A DNA stretch of 64,000 nucleotides from Clostridiales bacterium (GCA_012520515.1 JAAYOD010000051.1:1880-65879); one strand, 5' to 3'. Positions 54,757 through 64,000 are shown, counted from the first letter of the stretch. Made by a program: numbers and translations. Notes: generated from the letters alone by a model not told the origin.

Positions 54757-55629
54757 CTAGTATGTCAATTTTAAAGACCTAAAATAATAATATAAATACT
54801 GTTGCGCATACCCGCTCAAGTCCCCAAACCTGCCTACCAAGTTTTTGCTCATAACATCAGCGCTGACAGTTTTGTCATTAAACATCTTGGTATATACTCT
54901 TTTTGTCCAAGTGTCCATGGGAAACAAATCTGTTTTCTTATAGGCAAACAGCATTATGCAATCTGCCACTTTATTGCCTACGCCCATAAGGCTAACTAGC
55001 TTTTTCCTTAAATCACTTGTAGTTAAGGACTTTAAGTAATCCAAATCAAAATCTTTAAGCTGCCTGCTAGCATTTACAAGATACATTGCTCTGTATCCTG
55101 CGCCTATAGATTTAAAAAAGCTTTCGTCTGCGCTTTGCAGCGCATTAAGCGTTGGAAAGGCATAATAATCTCCCATGTTTTGACCAAGCCCTTTACACAG
55201 CCTTTCTATAATCATTTTGATTCTAGGAATATTGTTATTGGCGGAAATAATAAAGGATATTATCATTTCCAACGGGTCTTGATTTAGTAATCTTATGCCG
55301 CTCCCAAAGCGTATAGGTTCATTAAGTTCGTCAAACTTAACTAATTCACTCTTGATTTTTTTGTAATCTCTATCCAAATCAAAATAGTTTACAAAAAAGT
55401 CAACAAATTTCGTTTTTATTATAACACAGCCATCTTTGCTCTGCAATAGGCAATTTGCATCTTTTGCAAAAAGGGTATAACAATCTCCTGTTTTTAGGTA
55501 TCTAAACACCTGCCCACAATCCAGAATATGCTCAATATTGAAATCCGATGTATCGGAGATTATTATTTTATCTGCGCTTTTTGAATATATCATGTAGTAT
55601 GTAATGGGCAAAGTTTCCTTTGCCCACAA
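54757..55629 (-). CDS. ogg: 8-oxoguanine DNA glycosylase (Ogg, HhH-GPD superfamily)
   Basis: OGG_N-like N-terminus (FNIEHILDCGQVFRY). HhH-GPD motif LMGVGNKVADCIMLF...FPMDTW with the catalytic Lys and Asp positions. The true start could be an internal Met (M13). Confidence 0.8.
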   Translation of the reverse strand: MWAKETLPITYYMIYSKSADKIIISDTSDFNIEHILDCGQVFRYLKTGDCYTLFAKDANCLLQSKDGCVIIKTKFVDFFVNYFDLDRDYKKIKSELVKFDELNEPIRFGSGIRLLNQDPLEMIISFIISANNNIPRIKMIIERLCKGLGQNMGDYYAFPTLNALQSADESFFKSIGAGYRAMYLVNASRQLKDFDLDYLKSLTTSDLRKKLVSLMGVGNKVADCIMLFAYKKTDLFPMDTWTKRVYTKMFNDKTVSADVMSKNLVGRFGDLSGYAQQYLYYYFRSLKLTY

Positions 55630-55637
55630 CCGATTTG

Positions 55638-55925
55638 TTATTCAGCTGCATATACGCTTACTTTTTTATATCTCTTGTTTCTTGTGCCCCCCTCTTCAAA
55701 ACGCACAACACCATCTATCTTTGCAAACAAGGTATCATCTTTTCCCTTGCCGACATTATTGCCTGCATGGAATTTTGTTCCTCTTTGTTTAACTAAGATA
55801 TTTCCAGCCAAACAGCTTTGTCCGTCGCTTTTCTTTGGACCAAGTCTTTTAGCCTTGCTGTCACGCCCGTTTCTAGAGCTACCCACACCTTTTTTCTGGG
55901 CAAACAATTGAATATTCATAAACAT
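55638..55925 (-). CDS. rpmA: 50S ribosomal protein L27 with N-terminal propeptide
   Basis: [23 protein letters not shown]... carries the Firmicutes-type N-terminal extension ahead of the KKG core. Part of the rplU-prp-rpmA operon. Confidence 0.96.
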   Translation of the reverse strand: MFMNIQLFAQKKGVGSSRNGRDSKAKRLGPKKSDGQSCLAGNILVKQRGTKFHAGNNVGKGKDDTLFAKIDGVVRFEEGGTRNKRYKKVSVYAAE

Positions 55926-55926
55926 T

Positions 55927-56256
55927 TTAATTCACCTCCACTTTGACAAAGGCACTAAAGCCTTTTTGTATATCCCTAAGTCCAATTATCATAGTTTCTA
56001 GTATAGCTTGTTGCTTTATCTTTTCTGTTTCATCTCTGTGTTTCGGAACGGAAAATCGCAAGTAGCCTTCCTTATCACTCTTTTCATAATTGACTTTTTG
56101 GGAGGACACATTTATTAGTCCCATTAAAGCTGTTTGCGTTATTGCGCTCACTGCGCTACAAACTATGTCTTTACCGTTTTCGGCATATCCAGAATGACCT
56201 TTTATCTCTACTTCTTCTATGCCCTGTGTCCCATTTGTTACAACAACCCTAATCAT
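55927..56256 (-). CDS. prp: ribosomal-processing cysteine protease Prp
   Basis: 109 aa between rplU and rpmA. GHSGYA and DIVCSAVS (catalytic His/Cys) motifs are present. Confidence 0.9.
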   Translation of the reverse strand: MIRVVVTNGTQGIEEVEIKGHSGYAENGKDIVCSAVSAITQTALMGLINVSSQKVNYEKSDKEGYLRFSVPKHRDETEKIKQQAILETMIIGLRDIQKGFSAFVKVEVN

Positions 56257-56258
56257 TA

Positions 56259-56564
56259 TTAGCCAACAATTTTGGTAATTTTGATTTTGGTAAACGGTTG
56301 ACGATGGCCCTGTCTTTTACGAACATTTTTCTTAGCTTTGTACTTAAAAATGTTGATTTTTGGACCTTTGCCGTTACAGATAACTTCAGCTTCTGCATAG
56401 GCTTTAGCAATGGGATTGCCCGTCACTATGTTGCCATCTTTGTTTAACATAATAACATCAAGCTTTATTTTGGAACCTTCTTCAGCTTTGAGAAGCTCAA
56501 CTTTCAAAACATCATTGGTTTCCACTTTATATTGCTTTCCGCCAGTGACAATGATTGCGTACAT
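56259..56564 (-). CDS. rplU: 50S ribosomal protein L21
   Basis: MYAIIVTGGKQYKV N-terminus and GHRQPFTK C-terminal motif. Confidence 0.97.
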   Translation of the reverse strand: MYAIIVTGGKQYKVETNDVLKVELLKAEEGSKIKLDVIMLNKDGNIVTGNPIAKAYAEAEVICNGKGPKINIFKYKAKKNVRKRQGHRQPFTKIKITKIVG

Positions 56565-56687
56565 AAAACATAACCTCCTTTTGAAGACTCGCTAATTAAG
56601 GTGGCAAATTGCACTTAAACCTAAAATTATGCGGTTACGATATAATTTAACATAAATCCAGTTATTTGGCAAGTACTTTGTAAAGGT

Positions 56688-57596
56688 TTATAAAACTTTA
56701 CTTAAAAATTCTACCAGTCTAGGATGCGTAGGATTATTAAAGATTTCATCAGGCGTGCCTTGAGCTGCAATCTTGCCCTCGTCCATAAACAATATTCTTG
56801 TGCCAACTTCCTTTGCAAAGCCCATTTCGTGAGTTACAATAACCATAGTCATACCGCCTTCGGCGACATCTTTTATAAGGTCTAATACTTCCCCTACCAT
56901 TTCTGGGTCAAGCGCGCTTGTCGGTTCATCAAATAGCATAACAGATGGGTTCATTGCAAGCGCTCTCACTATTGCAATACGCTGTTTTTGTCCACCTGAA
57001 AGCTGGCCTGGATAACTATCTTGTTTGTCAAGCAAGCCCACTCTTTTTAATAATTCTCTTGCTTTATTATTGGCTTCTTCTTCCGTGGCAAGCTTTAGCT
57101 TAATTGGAGCTAAAGTAATATTTTGCAGTACTGTGCGGTGGGGAAAGAGATTAAATTGTTGAAATACCATACCCATTTTTTGACGATGGGTGTTAAGGTT
57201 TAACTCCATTTTTTTTCTAAAGACTTTTTCTTCTGCCAACTGCTCTTTATATTGTTTTTTCATTTCTGCTATTTGCTTTTGATACTCAGATTTTTCACTT
57301 GAAGATTTACTTAGCTTTCTTGCTTGTTTTTTTGCTTGCTTTATTTCTTCTTTCACAAAATTTGAATAGCACTTAAAGAGCGGTTCTCCTTTAAATTCCA
57401 CCAATCCGCTAGTAGGTATTTCCAAAAGGTTAAGGCATCTTAAAAACGTACTCTTTCCGCTTCCCGACGGTCCTATTATAACCACTTTTTCCCCGTCTAA
57501 AATATCTATGTCTATATTGTCCAAAACTTTAACAACATCAAAAATTTTTACTAAATTTCTGGTTGAAATTAATACCTTTTCATTATTTTCCATCAC
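56688..57596 (-). CDS. amino-acid ABC transporter ATP-binding protein with a coiled-coil insertion of about 55 aa
   Basis: Walker [11 protein letters not shown]-loop [11 protein letters not shown], signature LSGGQKQR, Walker [12 protein letters not shown] and H-loop THEM. There is an extra Lys/Glu-rich segment between Walker A and the Q-loop. Confidence 0.9.
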   Translation of the reverse strand: MMENNEKVLISTRNLVKIFDVVKVLDNIDIDILDGEKVVIIGPSGSGKSTFLRCLNLLEIPTSGLVEFKGEPLFKCYSNFVKEEIKQAKKQARKLSKSSSEKSEYQKQIAEMKKQYKEQLAEEKVFRKKMELNLNTHRQKMGMVFQQFNLFPHRTVLQNITLAPIKLKLATEEEANNKARELLKRVGLLDKQDSYPGQLSGGQKQRIAIVRALAMNPSVMLFDEPTSALDPEMVGEVLDLIKDVAEGGMTMVIVTHEMGFAKEVGTRILFMDEGKIAAQGTPDEIFNNPTHPRLVEFLSKVL

Positions 57597-58278
57597 TCTT
57601 TCTCAACCTTTTTTCAAATTTTTTCAATAACGCCGTCATTGCCATAACTGTAACAAGATAGATAATAGCGGCAAACAAATATGGTGTTACTACATTATAA
57701 GAAGTATTGACAATACTCTTTATTGTAGTAAAAAATTCACTAACGCCAATAACAAGCGCAACTGATGTTTCTTTAATAAGCGCTATTGCTTCATTGCCTA
57801 GTGACGGCAAAATATTTTTTGCTGACTGCGGCAGAATAATAGACTTCATAGTCTGTCCATAGCCAAGACCAAGCGACCTGCCCGCTTCCATTTGCCCTTT
57901 ATCTACGCTAAGTATGCCGCCGCGCATTATTTCAGCTACATAAGCTCCACTATTTATTCCAAAACCAATAGTTGCAATTAGGTAAGGCGACACTGTACGA
58001 TTAAAGAAAATCACATCGGCGAAAATGACAAAGCTAATAATCATAAGTTGTACAAGCAAAGGCGTACCCCTTACCACAGCCAAATAGATATTGGCAAAAC
58101 TATTTAGCACTTTATTAACAATGTTTGTTTTGGGCAACACCATAAAAATTGCTAAAATTGTTCCTATTATAATACCAATAACAAGCGCCATAACAGTTAT
58201 GGCCAAAGTCCAACCGTATGCTTTTACCAAAAGCAACATTGTCTTTTCATTAAAAATTATAGTTAAATCTAATTTCAC
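57583..58278 (-). CDS. amino-acid ABC transporter permease (His/Glu/Gln/Arg/opine family)
   Basis: 231 aa with 5 TM helices and an EAA-like loop ([24 protein letters not shown]). Confidence 0.9.
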   Translation of the reverse strand: MKLDLTIIFNEKTMLLLVKAYGWTLAITVMALVIGIIIGTILAIFMVLPKTNIVNKVLNSFANIYLAVVRGTPLLVQLMIISFVIFADVIFFNRTVSPYLIATIGFGINSGAYVAEIMRGGILSVDKGQMEAGRSLGLGYGQTMKSIILPQSAKNILPSLGNEAIALIKETSVALVIGVSEFFTTIKSIVNTSYNVVTPYLFAAIIYLVTVMAMTALLKKFEKRLRKSDGK

Positions 58279-58351
58279 TTTCTTTCCTTTAGTAATGGGA
58301 GATTAGAAAACAAATCTCCCATTACAATTTTTATTTTGTCTAGCTTAAATG

Positions 58352-59158
58352 TTATTTGCCAAAATACTTTTCATTTATTTTGTCAAAAGTGCCGTCTTCT
58401 TTCATTTCTGCTATAGCCGCATTTATCCATTCTACAAGCGCTTTGTTGCCTTCTTTAACGGCAAAAGCATACTCATCATCATAAACAGATGTTTCGCAAA
58501 TTTTGATTCCATCATAGTTTGCTACAAAGTTTTCAGCAGGATATTTATCAATAATTACCGCATCAACTTTATCTTGTTGCAAAGCAAGAACTGCTTCTGC
58601 TCCAGTGGAATACTTTTGAACATTGCCTGGAGCTGCAAGAGCTGCATCGTCGCCTTCGCCCGCCCAATCAGGGTCCATTTCGGCAAGAAGTTGTCCAACA
58701 GTGCCAGCTTGCACACCTACATTTTTTCCGCCTAGGTCAAATGGGCCATTTATAGTGCTGTTGTTTTGGACGATTATTACTTGAGATGAGTTAAATACGC
58801 CTACTGAAAAGTCAAGGGATTTATCTCTTTCTTCACTATAGCTTATACCTGCCATAGCAATATGCGCTTTGTTGGTACCTGGAGCAAGTAGAACAGAGTC
58901 AAACTCCATATTTTCTATCACTAGTTCTACTCCTAGCTTTTCAGCAAGAGCTTGAGCTATGTCAATATCCCAGCCTACGATTTTGCCATCTTCATAATAC
59001 TCAAATGGTGGGAAAAAAGCATTGGTAGCTACTACAAGCTTGCCATACTTTTGAATGCCTTCAGGCGTAGCGTCTTTGATACCTGAGCAAGCGGTCAAGC
59101 TCAGCGCGCATGCTATAATTATAGCCACACTTAAAACCACTGTAATAATTTTTTTCAT
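58352..59158 (-). CDS. amino-acid ABC transporter substrate-binding lipoprotein
   Basis: Lipobox LTACSG. Family-3 SBP pattern (FPPFEY, GWDIDIA, AMAGIS). Confidence 0.88.
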   Translation of the reverse strand: MKKIITVVLSVAIIIACALSLTACSGIKDATPEGIQKYGKLVVATNAFFPPFEYYEDGKIVGWDIDIAQALAEKLGVELVIENMEFDSVLLAPGTNKAHIAMAGISYSEERDKSLDFSVGVFNSSQVIIVQNNSTINGPFDLGGKNVGVQAGTVGQLLAEMDPDWAGEGDDAALAAPGNVQKYSTGAEAVLALQQDKVDAVIIDKYPAENFVANYDGIKICETSVYDDEYAFAVKEGNKALVEWINAAIAEMKEDGTFDKINEKYFGK

Positions 59159-59354
59159 TGTTAATCTCCTATTTACATAAAAATTTTTGTATTTTTATCT
59201 TAGCACTATATTCTTTTAATAGCAAGCATTTTTTTATAAAAAATCAATTTTTATGCAAATATTTTTATAAACAGCTGTGTTATGTGTATAAATTTTGCAT
59301 TTATGCACTATTTTATGAATAATTTTATATTCATACAGCAAGTTACAGTTGGTT

Positions 59355-60836
59355 TTAGTCTATTATAGTTATGCTAGAAGCAGTTATTTTTATTTCCACA
59401 GGTATTTCTACCGCTTCGCCATCTGCCATTCTTTCCACAGTAATAACAATAATGTCGTTTTCTTTTGCGCTAAACAATAGGTCAGACAAAATAAATAATC
59501 TGTTAAGCTCATACTCAACGCCTCCCATTGATACTTTAATGAGTTTGTCGCCTATTTCTAGTCCTGCGCTTTCAGCGATGCTATTTTCGCTAAAAGAATC
59601 TACTGTTATTTCATTAACGATATTTAAAAACGTTTGGTCATCATCTATAACATCTGAATAAGTTGTTCTGACAGTAACTCCAAGAATGGCTTTTTTAATT
59701 TTTACATTTTGCACACCGTCACAATTGTCTATTATGTTTTGCGCCGCGCCTATTGCTATATTGCCAGGGATAGCATAGCCAATATTTTCAATTTCACTGC
59801 TAGCAATTTTTGCGTTTACTATACCTATTAGCTCTCCATTTATGTTATATAATCCGCCACCGCTGTTACCTCTGTTTATGGCAGAGTCAGTGCGCTGTAC
59901 TCTAAACGCTACTGTATCTGTTTCATCTACTGTACGCATAACTATATGCTCTGAATCCACGCTAATAATTCCTGAAGTTACAGACAAGCCTTTAGCGGAT
60001 GGATTGCCGATAGCTATTGCTGTTGAGCCTAAGGGCACATGGTTGCTATTACCTATATTAATAGCTCTTACTATGGTAGAGCTCTTTAATATCTCACTTC
60101 CTGTTACCTTAAGGACAGCAATGTCATAGGTTGTAGAACCGCCTATAAATTGAGCAGGTATAGAATAATTTAGGTCTTCGCCCTCTTTGAATTGAGAATT
60201 GGAATCTGGGCCATACTCCTTTCCATATAAATATACCTTTATCGATTTAGCAATTTTGTTTGGCTGACTTGCCTCATACACAACATGATGATTTGTGATT
60301 ATATACGCGTCGCCCTTTTCTTTATCCAGTTTATAAATAACGCCTGAGCCTGCCGACGATGTGCAGTAAACGCTGACTGAGCTTCTCATAGCTATATTGG
60401 CGGCAAGTTCTATGCTATTTAAATTTACCTCAAGGTATTTTTTCAAAAATTCATCAAAGCTATCTACTAGCCCTTGTTCCTTGGCAGCTTGATAGATTTC
60501 CTCAATGGTAGGACTTAGAGCGTCTTTGCCGTCAAAACCATCTTTGCCATTTTTGCCATCTTTGCCTTTAAGGCTTGCAAGCCATTCAGCTTCTGTTCCT
60601 ACAAAACCTTCTTCTACAGCAATATCATATGCCGACTTACCTTCTGTCAAACTAGCCAGCCATTCTGTTTGCGTACCCACAAAGCCATTCTCGACAGCTT
60701 GCTTATATGCTTTATCAAGGCTACTGTCGCATCCTGTAAGCGCCAGCAAACATACAATTATAAATACAATACCTATTATTATCTTGAAAGATTTTTTCAC
60801 TTTACCCTTCCTATATTTATTAATTTTCCTTAACAT
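59355..60836 (-). CDS. HtrA/DegP-family (S1C) serine protease lipoprotein with N-terminal repeat/collagen-like module and C-terminal PDZ
   Basis: Lipobox LALTGC. Catalytic triad context ITNHHVV (His), YDIAVLKV (Asp) and GNSGGGL (Ser). PDZ-like segment ESAGLEIGDKLIKV. Confidence 0.85.
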   Translation of the reverse strand: MLRKINKYRKGKVKKSFKIIIGIVFIIVCLLALTGCDSSLDKAYKQAVENGFVGTQTEWLASLTEGKSAYDIAVEEGFVGTEAEWLASLKGKDGKNGKDGFDGKDALSPTIEEIYQAAKEQGLVDSFDEFLKKYLEVNLNSIELAANIAMRSSVSVYCTSSAGSGVIYKLDKEKGDAYIITNHHVVYEASQPNKIAKSIKVYLYGKEYGPDSNSQFKEGEDLNYSIPAQFIGGSTTYDIAVLKVTGSEILKSSTIVRAINIGNSNHVPLGSTAIAIGNPSAKGLSVTSGIISVDSEHIVMRTVDETDTVAFRVQRTDSAINRGNSGGGLYNINGELIGIVNAKIASSEIENIGYAIPGNIAIGAAQNIIDNCDGVQNVKIKKAILGVTVRTTYSDVIDDDQTFLNIVNEITVDSFSENSIAESAGLEIGDKLIKVSMGGVEYELNRLFILSDLLFSAKENDIIVITVERMADGEAVEIPVEIKITASSITIID

Positions 60837-60868
60837 ATTTATTATAATTTTAATTCTTAAAAATAGCT

Positions 60869-60991
60869 TTATTTTTTATCTCTATCCAGTTTTTTCATTT
60901 GCTTTTTTGCTATAAGCAAAAGCACCCCGCCAATTATTGCAAGGATAACAGCTCCTATACCCCACAGCAATAATGTTTTAACCTCTGGCAT
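60869..60991 (-). CDS. possible small single-TM protein (40 aa from the second ATG)
   Basis: Hand translation gives MPEVKTLLLWGIGAVILAIIGGVLLLIAKKQMKKLDRDKK. AAGGGA lies 9 nt upstream of ATG 60991. The ORF ends 32 nt upstream of the htrA-like start. No homology evidence. Confidence 0.3.
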   Translation of the reverse strand: MPEVKTLLLWGIGAVILAIIGGVLLLIAKKQMKKLDRDKK

Positions 60992-61070
60992 ATTTATCAT
61001 TCCCTTTATATAGTTTACACTTTATTATACCTTAAAACTTACTATTTTAGCAATAAACAAAACAACCTTA

Positions 61071-61106
61071 AAAAAACAAAAAAGAATGCCTTCAAGGCAT
61101 TCTCTT
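61071..61106 (-). terminator. rho-independent terminator of yqeY
   Basis: Minus strand reads AGAATGCC ttgaa GGCATTCT TTTTTGTTTTTT. Confidence 0.85.
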
Positions 61107-61125
61107 TTAATAACTTTAACAAAGT

Positions 61126-61548
61126 CTACAAAGACTTTAATATCTCATTTACTTTTCTCATATCGCACTTGCCTTGATAGTTTTGCTTAAAGTGTTTCAT
61201 AACAGCTGGGATAGAGCGGTCGTCAAGCTGTAATATAATTGCTCTAATCTCATTTTCGTCAAGCATTTTGGGCAAATACTTTCTTATTGTCTTTAGCTGT
61301 TCGTCTAGCTTTGCAATAGGCTCTTCCCGCCCCGCCTTTACGCAGCTTTCTCTTTCTTCTAACAACTCTTTTTCCACCTTTTGCAAAATAGCCAGCGTTT
61401 CGCCTTCAGTGACTTTCTCGCCTTTTGCCCTTTTCTCTATTGTAATAAGCATAAGCTTACTAATTACTGCTTCTAGCGCCAAAACGGCATTTTTATTACG
61501 CTCTTTCATTGCTACAATTTTTGCTTTCTTAAAATCGTCTATGTTCAT
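61126..61548 (-). CDS. yqeY: GatB/YqeY-domain protein
   Basis: 140 aa. The family pattern is visible in the segments MKERNKNAVLAL, RKYLPKMLDENEI and KCDMRKVNEILKSL. Confidence 0.85.
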   Translation of the reverse strand: MNIDDFKKAKIVAMKERNKNAVLALEAVISKLMLITIEKRAKGEKVTEGETLAILQKVEKELLEERESCVKAGREEPIAKLDEQLKTIRKYLPKMLDENEIRAIILQLDDRSIPAVMKHFKQNYQGKCDMRKVNEILKSL

Positions 61549-61568
61549 TTTTCTAATCTCCTTGCAAT

Positions 61569-62354
61569 TTAAACTTTTTTTAATAATATTATAGCATCAC
61601 CAATGGTGTTAACTTGTTTATCAATAACTACTTCAAAGCCTATCTTTTTTGCATGATTTACAAGCCAGCTTCTCTTTACCAAATACTCATTATTTCTTAT
61701 AGCAACTAATTTGCCTGCATTAATTTCCATTTGTCCGCAATAAGACGCCACTTCATTAGCATAGTCTATATCATCTTTGCTAAGACCATTTAGACTTTTC
61801 CAAAAGGTAGAGGCATAGCCTTCTGCTCCCCTTTTCTCAAAAAAGTTAAGCACTCCGGAATCTGTGCCGTCCATAGCATTTACTTCAGCTATAAAAGTTT
61901 CGCCTACGCAAAGGTACGCTCCCGCGCTCATATTGTTGTAGCAGTTTTGCAAAAAAACTATTTTATTTTGCAAGGGGTCTTCTATATGATGGAATGAATA
62001 AATCATATAGATAAAGTCAAAGTTTTGCAAGTCGTTTGTTACAAACTCTGTCATATCGCCTGACATAAAGTGGATATTTTCTACATTGTTTTCCTTAGCT
62101 AAGTTGTTGCCAACTCCCACCATTTCTTGACGCATATCAACTGCGGTAATTTTTGCGGCAACATTCTTTGCAACTGTTATTGCCGTTTGTCCTGTGCCAA
62201 AACCAAGCTCCAGCAATTTTTTGGAGTTTGTAATCTTTATTAGTTTTATAAGTCCTTGTTGCAACGCCAAATAATATGAAGACTGTCCAAGGAATTTTTT
62301 AAAAACTTCTTGACTATTATAAAAACTTGGGGTTTTGCAAAAATCTTTGGTCAT
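61569..62354 (-). CDS. class I SAM-dependent methyltransferase
   Basis: Motif I LELGFGTGQTA and an acidic post-I residue (AVDM). Substrate unknown. Confidence 0.7.
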   Translation of the reverse strand: MTKDFCKTPSFYNSQEVFKKFLGQSSYYLALQQGLIKLIKITNSKKLLELGFGTGQTAITVAKNVAAKITAVDMRQEMVGVGNNLAKENNVENIHFMSGDMTEFVTNDLQNFDFIYMIYSFHHIEDPLQNKIVFLQNCYNNMSAGAYLCVGETFIAEVNAMDGTDSGVLNFFEKRGAEGYASTFWKSLNGLSKDDIDYANEVASYCGQMEINAGKLVAIRNNEYLVKRSWLVNHAKKIGFEVVIDKQVNTIGDAIILLKKV

Positions 62355-62418
62355 TTATTACCGCCTTTAGCTAACATTTTTCAATATTATACCATAACGG
62401 TAAAAAATGGGCAAATTA

Positions 62419-63372
62419 TTAGTCTATGCTCCTTTTTAGATTGATACTTTTATAGTTTTTGCCGTCTTTAACTACTTTTGCTCTATTACTTGATAAAAAC
62501 TTTGTAATTTGATACATATCTATCCAAATTTCTTTTGGTCCTTGAATTTGGCATTCATCAAAGATAAGCTGCATTCCTATATGGAGGTGAGGTTTGCATT
62601 TCATATTGACATCTTCTTTTGCGCTATATCCCGTTACGCCCAAATATCCAATGACTTGACCTGCCGCCACCTTATCGCCATTCTTTATGTTTTCAGCATA
62701 AGGGTGACCTTTTCTTAAGTGCGCATAATAATAAGAACGTTTGTTGTCAAGTGAGCGTATGCCAAGCCGCCAGCCGCCATATTTATTCCAACCAATATCG
62801 GTAATTATACCATCTTCAACAGCTACTATTGGCGTACCAACAGAACCCATAATATCGTGTCCTAAGTGCTTCCGCTTAAAGCCATATGAGCGTGATACGC
62901 CAAAATCGTCATAGTGGCTATACCAAAAATTAGCTGCTATGGGGTGATAGTTCTTTAGCCCATAACATTTTTCATTAGTTGATGTATCTATATATTCGCC
63001 TATAAATTGGCTAAAAATTGCTTCATAGCTTTCTACATAGTACTTATAATACTTATTTCCTCCATAAAAATCGTCTATTTTCTTGTCGTTTAACAAAGCT
63101 TTTTCCAATTCACCTAGACGCTTTAAATCTGTTTTTACATTAAACTTATTGCCATTTTTGGTGGCAAGGTAAGCTAAGCTTTTTTCAAAGTCAAACTCAA
63201 CTTTATCGCTATCGTGATATTTTACATCTAGCTCATATGCCCTTTGCAAAACTTGATAAGGCACATTGCAATCTACCCACTTGATATAGCTTTTTTCTTC
63301 TTTAGGTGCAAATCCGCAAGCTAAAAAAGCTGTTGCCAAAATTAAAAATAGTATTACAATTTTTTTTCTCAT
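62419..63372 (-). CDS. M23-family metallopeptidase lipoprotein (peptidoglycan endopeptidase-like)
   Basis: Lipobox FLACG. M23 motifs HLGHDI, GYLGVTGYS and PHLHIG. Confidence 0.85.
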   Translation of the reverse strand: MRKKIVILFLILATAFLACGFAPKEEKSYIKWVDCNVPYQVLQRAYELDVKYHDSDKVEFDFEKSLAYLATKNGNKFNVKTDLKRLGELEKALLNDKKIDDFYGGNKYYKYYVESYEAIFSQFIGEYIDTSTNEKCYGLKNYHPIAANFWYSHYDDFGVSRSYGFKRKHLGHDIMGSVGTPIVAVEDGIITDIGWNKYGGWRLGIRSLDNKRSYYYAHLRKGHPYAENIKNGDKVAAGQVIGYLGVTGYSAKEDVNMKCKPHLHIGMQLIFDECQIQGPKEIWIDMYQITKFLSSNRAKVVKDGKNYKSINLKRSID

Positions 63373-63422
63373 AATACTATTTTCTGCTAAGACTAAAAAA
63401 TATATTCTAAAAAGTTTTATTT

Positions 63423-64000
63423 TTATTCGGCTTTTAGCGCAACTACGGGATCTTTTTTAGACGCCACTATGGCAGGGATAGCGCCGGATATAAGCGTAAG
63501 TATCACAGATGCCGCTATAAGCAATAAAGAGTTCCACCAAATAGGCGTAATAAGGTTGGATATTCCAAGGTATGCTTTAAGAAGCGCGTTTATAGGATAT
63601 TTTAATATATAACTGAACGCTACTCCAATTCCCCCTGAAATAAACCCAAGGCAAAGCGTTTCTGTGTTAAAGATGTTAAGAATATCTAAATTCCTTGCCC
63701 CCATACTTCGCAAAATGCCTATCTCTTTAGTTCTGTCTTGCACCGATATATACATAATAATTCCCACCATAAAAAGCGATACTATAACAGCTAAACAAGT
63801 TATTGCCACCAAAATATATGTAATTGTGTTTATCATACCGTTTAGAGAATTCATAATATCATCCAGCTCATTGACATATTCTACAGAATTATCATCACTT
63901 GCTTGACCTAAATCATACAATTCGCGCATTTTGTCATTATATTTTTCAATAAAACTAACTACATCTTCTTTAGCTGCCACTGATTTTGGATAAAAATAAA
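63423..64000 (-). CDS. FtsX/MacB-type ABC transporter permease, C-terminal part (5' end outside the window)
   Basis: The frame is open to the window edge. The C-terminal three-TM FtsX domain has the segment DRTKEIGILRSMGARN and ends DPVVALKAE. Confidence 0.8.
   Translation of the reverse strand, partial: YFYPKSVAAKEDVVSFIEKYNDKMRELYDLGQASDDNSVEYVNELDDIMNSLNGMINTITYILVAITCLAVIVSLFMVGIIMYISVQDRTKEIGILRSMGARNLDILNIFNTETLCLGFISGGIGVAFSYILKYPINALLKAYLGISNLITPIWWNSLLLIAASVILTLISGAIPAIVASKKDPVVALKAE

Noticed and set aside
56565-56687. The ~120-nt leader upstream of rplU, considered as a possible L21-leader regulatory RNA.
   Set aside because: I could identify only a weak promoter (TTGCCA-17-TAAATT) and a GGAGG RBS. 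I cannot reproduce the L21-leader consensus structure from memory. A covariance-model search is needed before calling it.
59314-59335. The palindrome TATGAATA-atttta-TATTCATA between the htrA-like gene and the amino-acid ABC operon. It resembles an ARG-box half-site pair.
   Set aside because: The TGAAT/ATTCA halves are 8 nt apart rather than the 4 nt of ArgR/AhrC boxes. The stem is A/T only, and such palindromes are expected by chance in this AT-rich spacer.
1-64000. Scan for CRISPR arrays, long tandem or direct DNA repeats, IS elements, toxin-antitoxin pairs and known defence gene signatures.
   Set aside because: I found none by eye. The only DNA-level repeats are the short ones reported above and the protein-level degenerate modules in the giant gene. 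A computational repeat search could still reveal things I missed.

Overview
AT-rich Firmicutes/Clostridia-type chromosomal segment. Lineage markers are sporulation genes yqfC/yqfD, Prp-processed L27, SepF and YqzL. All but three CDS run on the minus strand.

Most of the window is conserved housekeeping synteny:
- yhbY-obg and nth
- yicC-gmk-rpoZ-coaBC-priA-def-fmt-rsmB-rlmN-rsgA-rpe
- dgt-pcrA-ligA and ppdK
- yggS-sepF-lspA-rluD, then yqfC-yqfD-pgpH-ybeY::era-yqzL-recO
- an SSB-like gene, a NodB deacetylase, and purD-like/ygiQ
- rplU-prp-rpmA-ogg-NYN, then ppx-maf-mreB-like
- an amino-acid ABC transporter, an HtrA-like lipoprotein protease, yqeY, a methyltransferase, an M23 peptidase, and a partial FtsX-type permease

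An accessory envelope patch lies at about 34-51 kb. It holds a BspA-type LRR lipoprotein, a 778-aa lipoprotein, a stand-alone tRNA-Ser(GCU), a DUF998-like membrane protein, a divergent GH2 enzyme, a THF riboswitch with folT, a SpoVB/MurJ-type flippase, a 1735-aa doubly anchored surface protein built from repeated CBM-like modules, and an orphan Wzz/PCP-like protein. Most genes there are monocistronic, with near-consensus sigma-A promoters and intrinsic terminators.

I saw no CRISPR array, transposase, integrase, prophage or recognisable defence system.

Best candidates for something new:
1. An in-frame YbeY::Era fusion.
2. The flippase / giant surface protein / orphan PCP / degenerate MreB-like neighbourhood.
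3. A PurD-like ATP-grasp with altered catalytic motifs, tightly coupled to the radical-SAM gene ygiQ.
4. An rsgA gene whose OB-fold N-terminus can only be translated from a non-canonical ATA overlapping the rlmN stop.

All family assignments are by-eye motif recognition. No searches were run.
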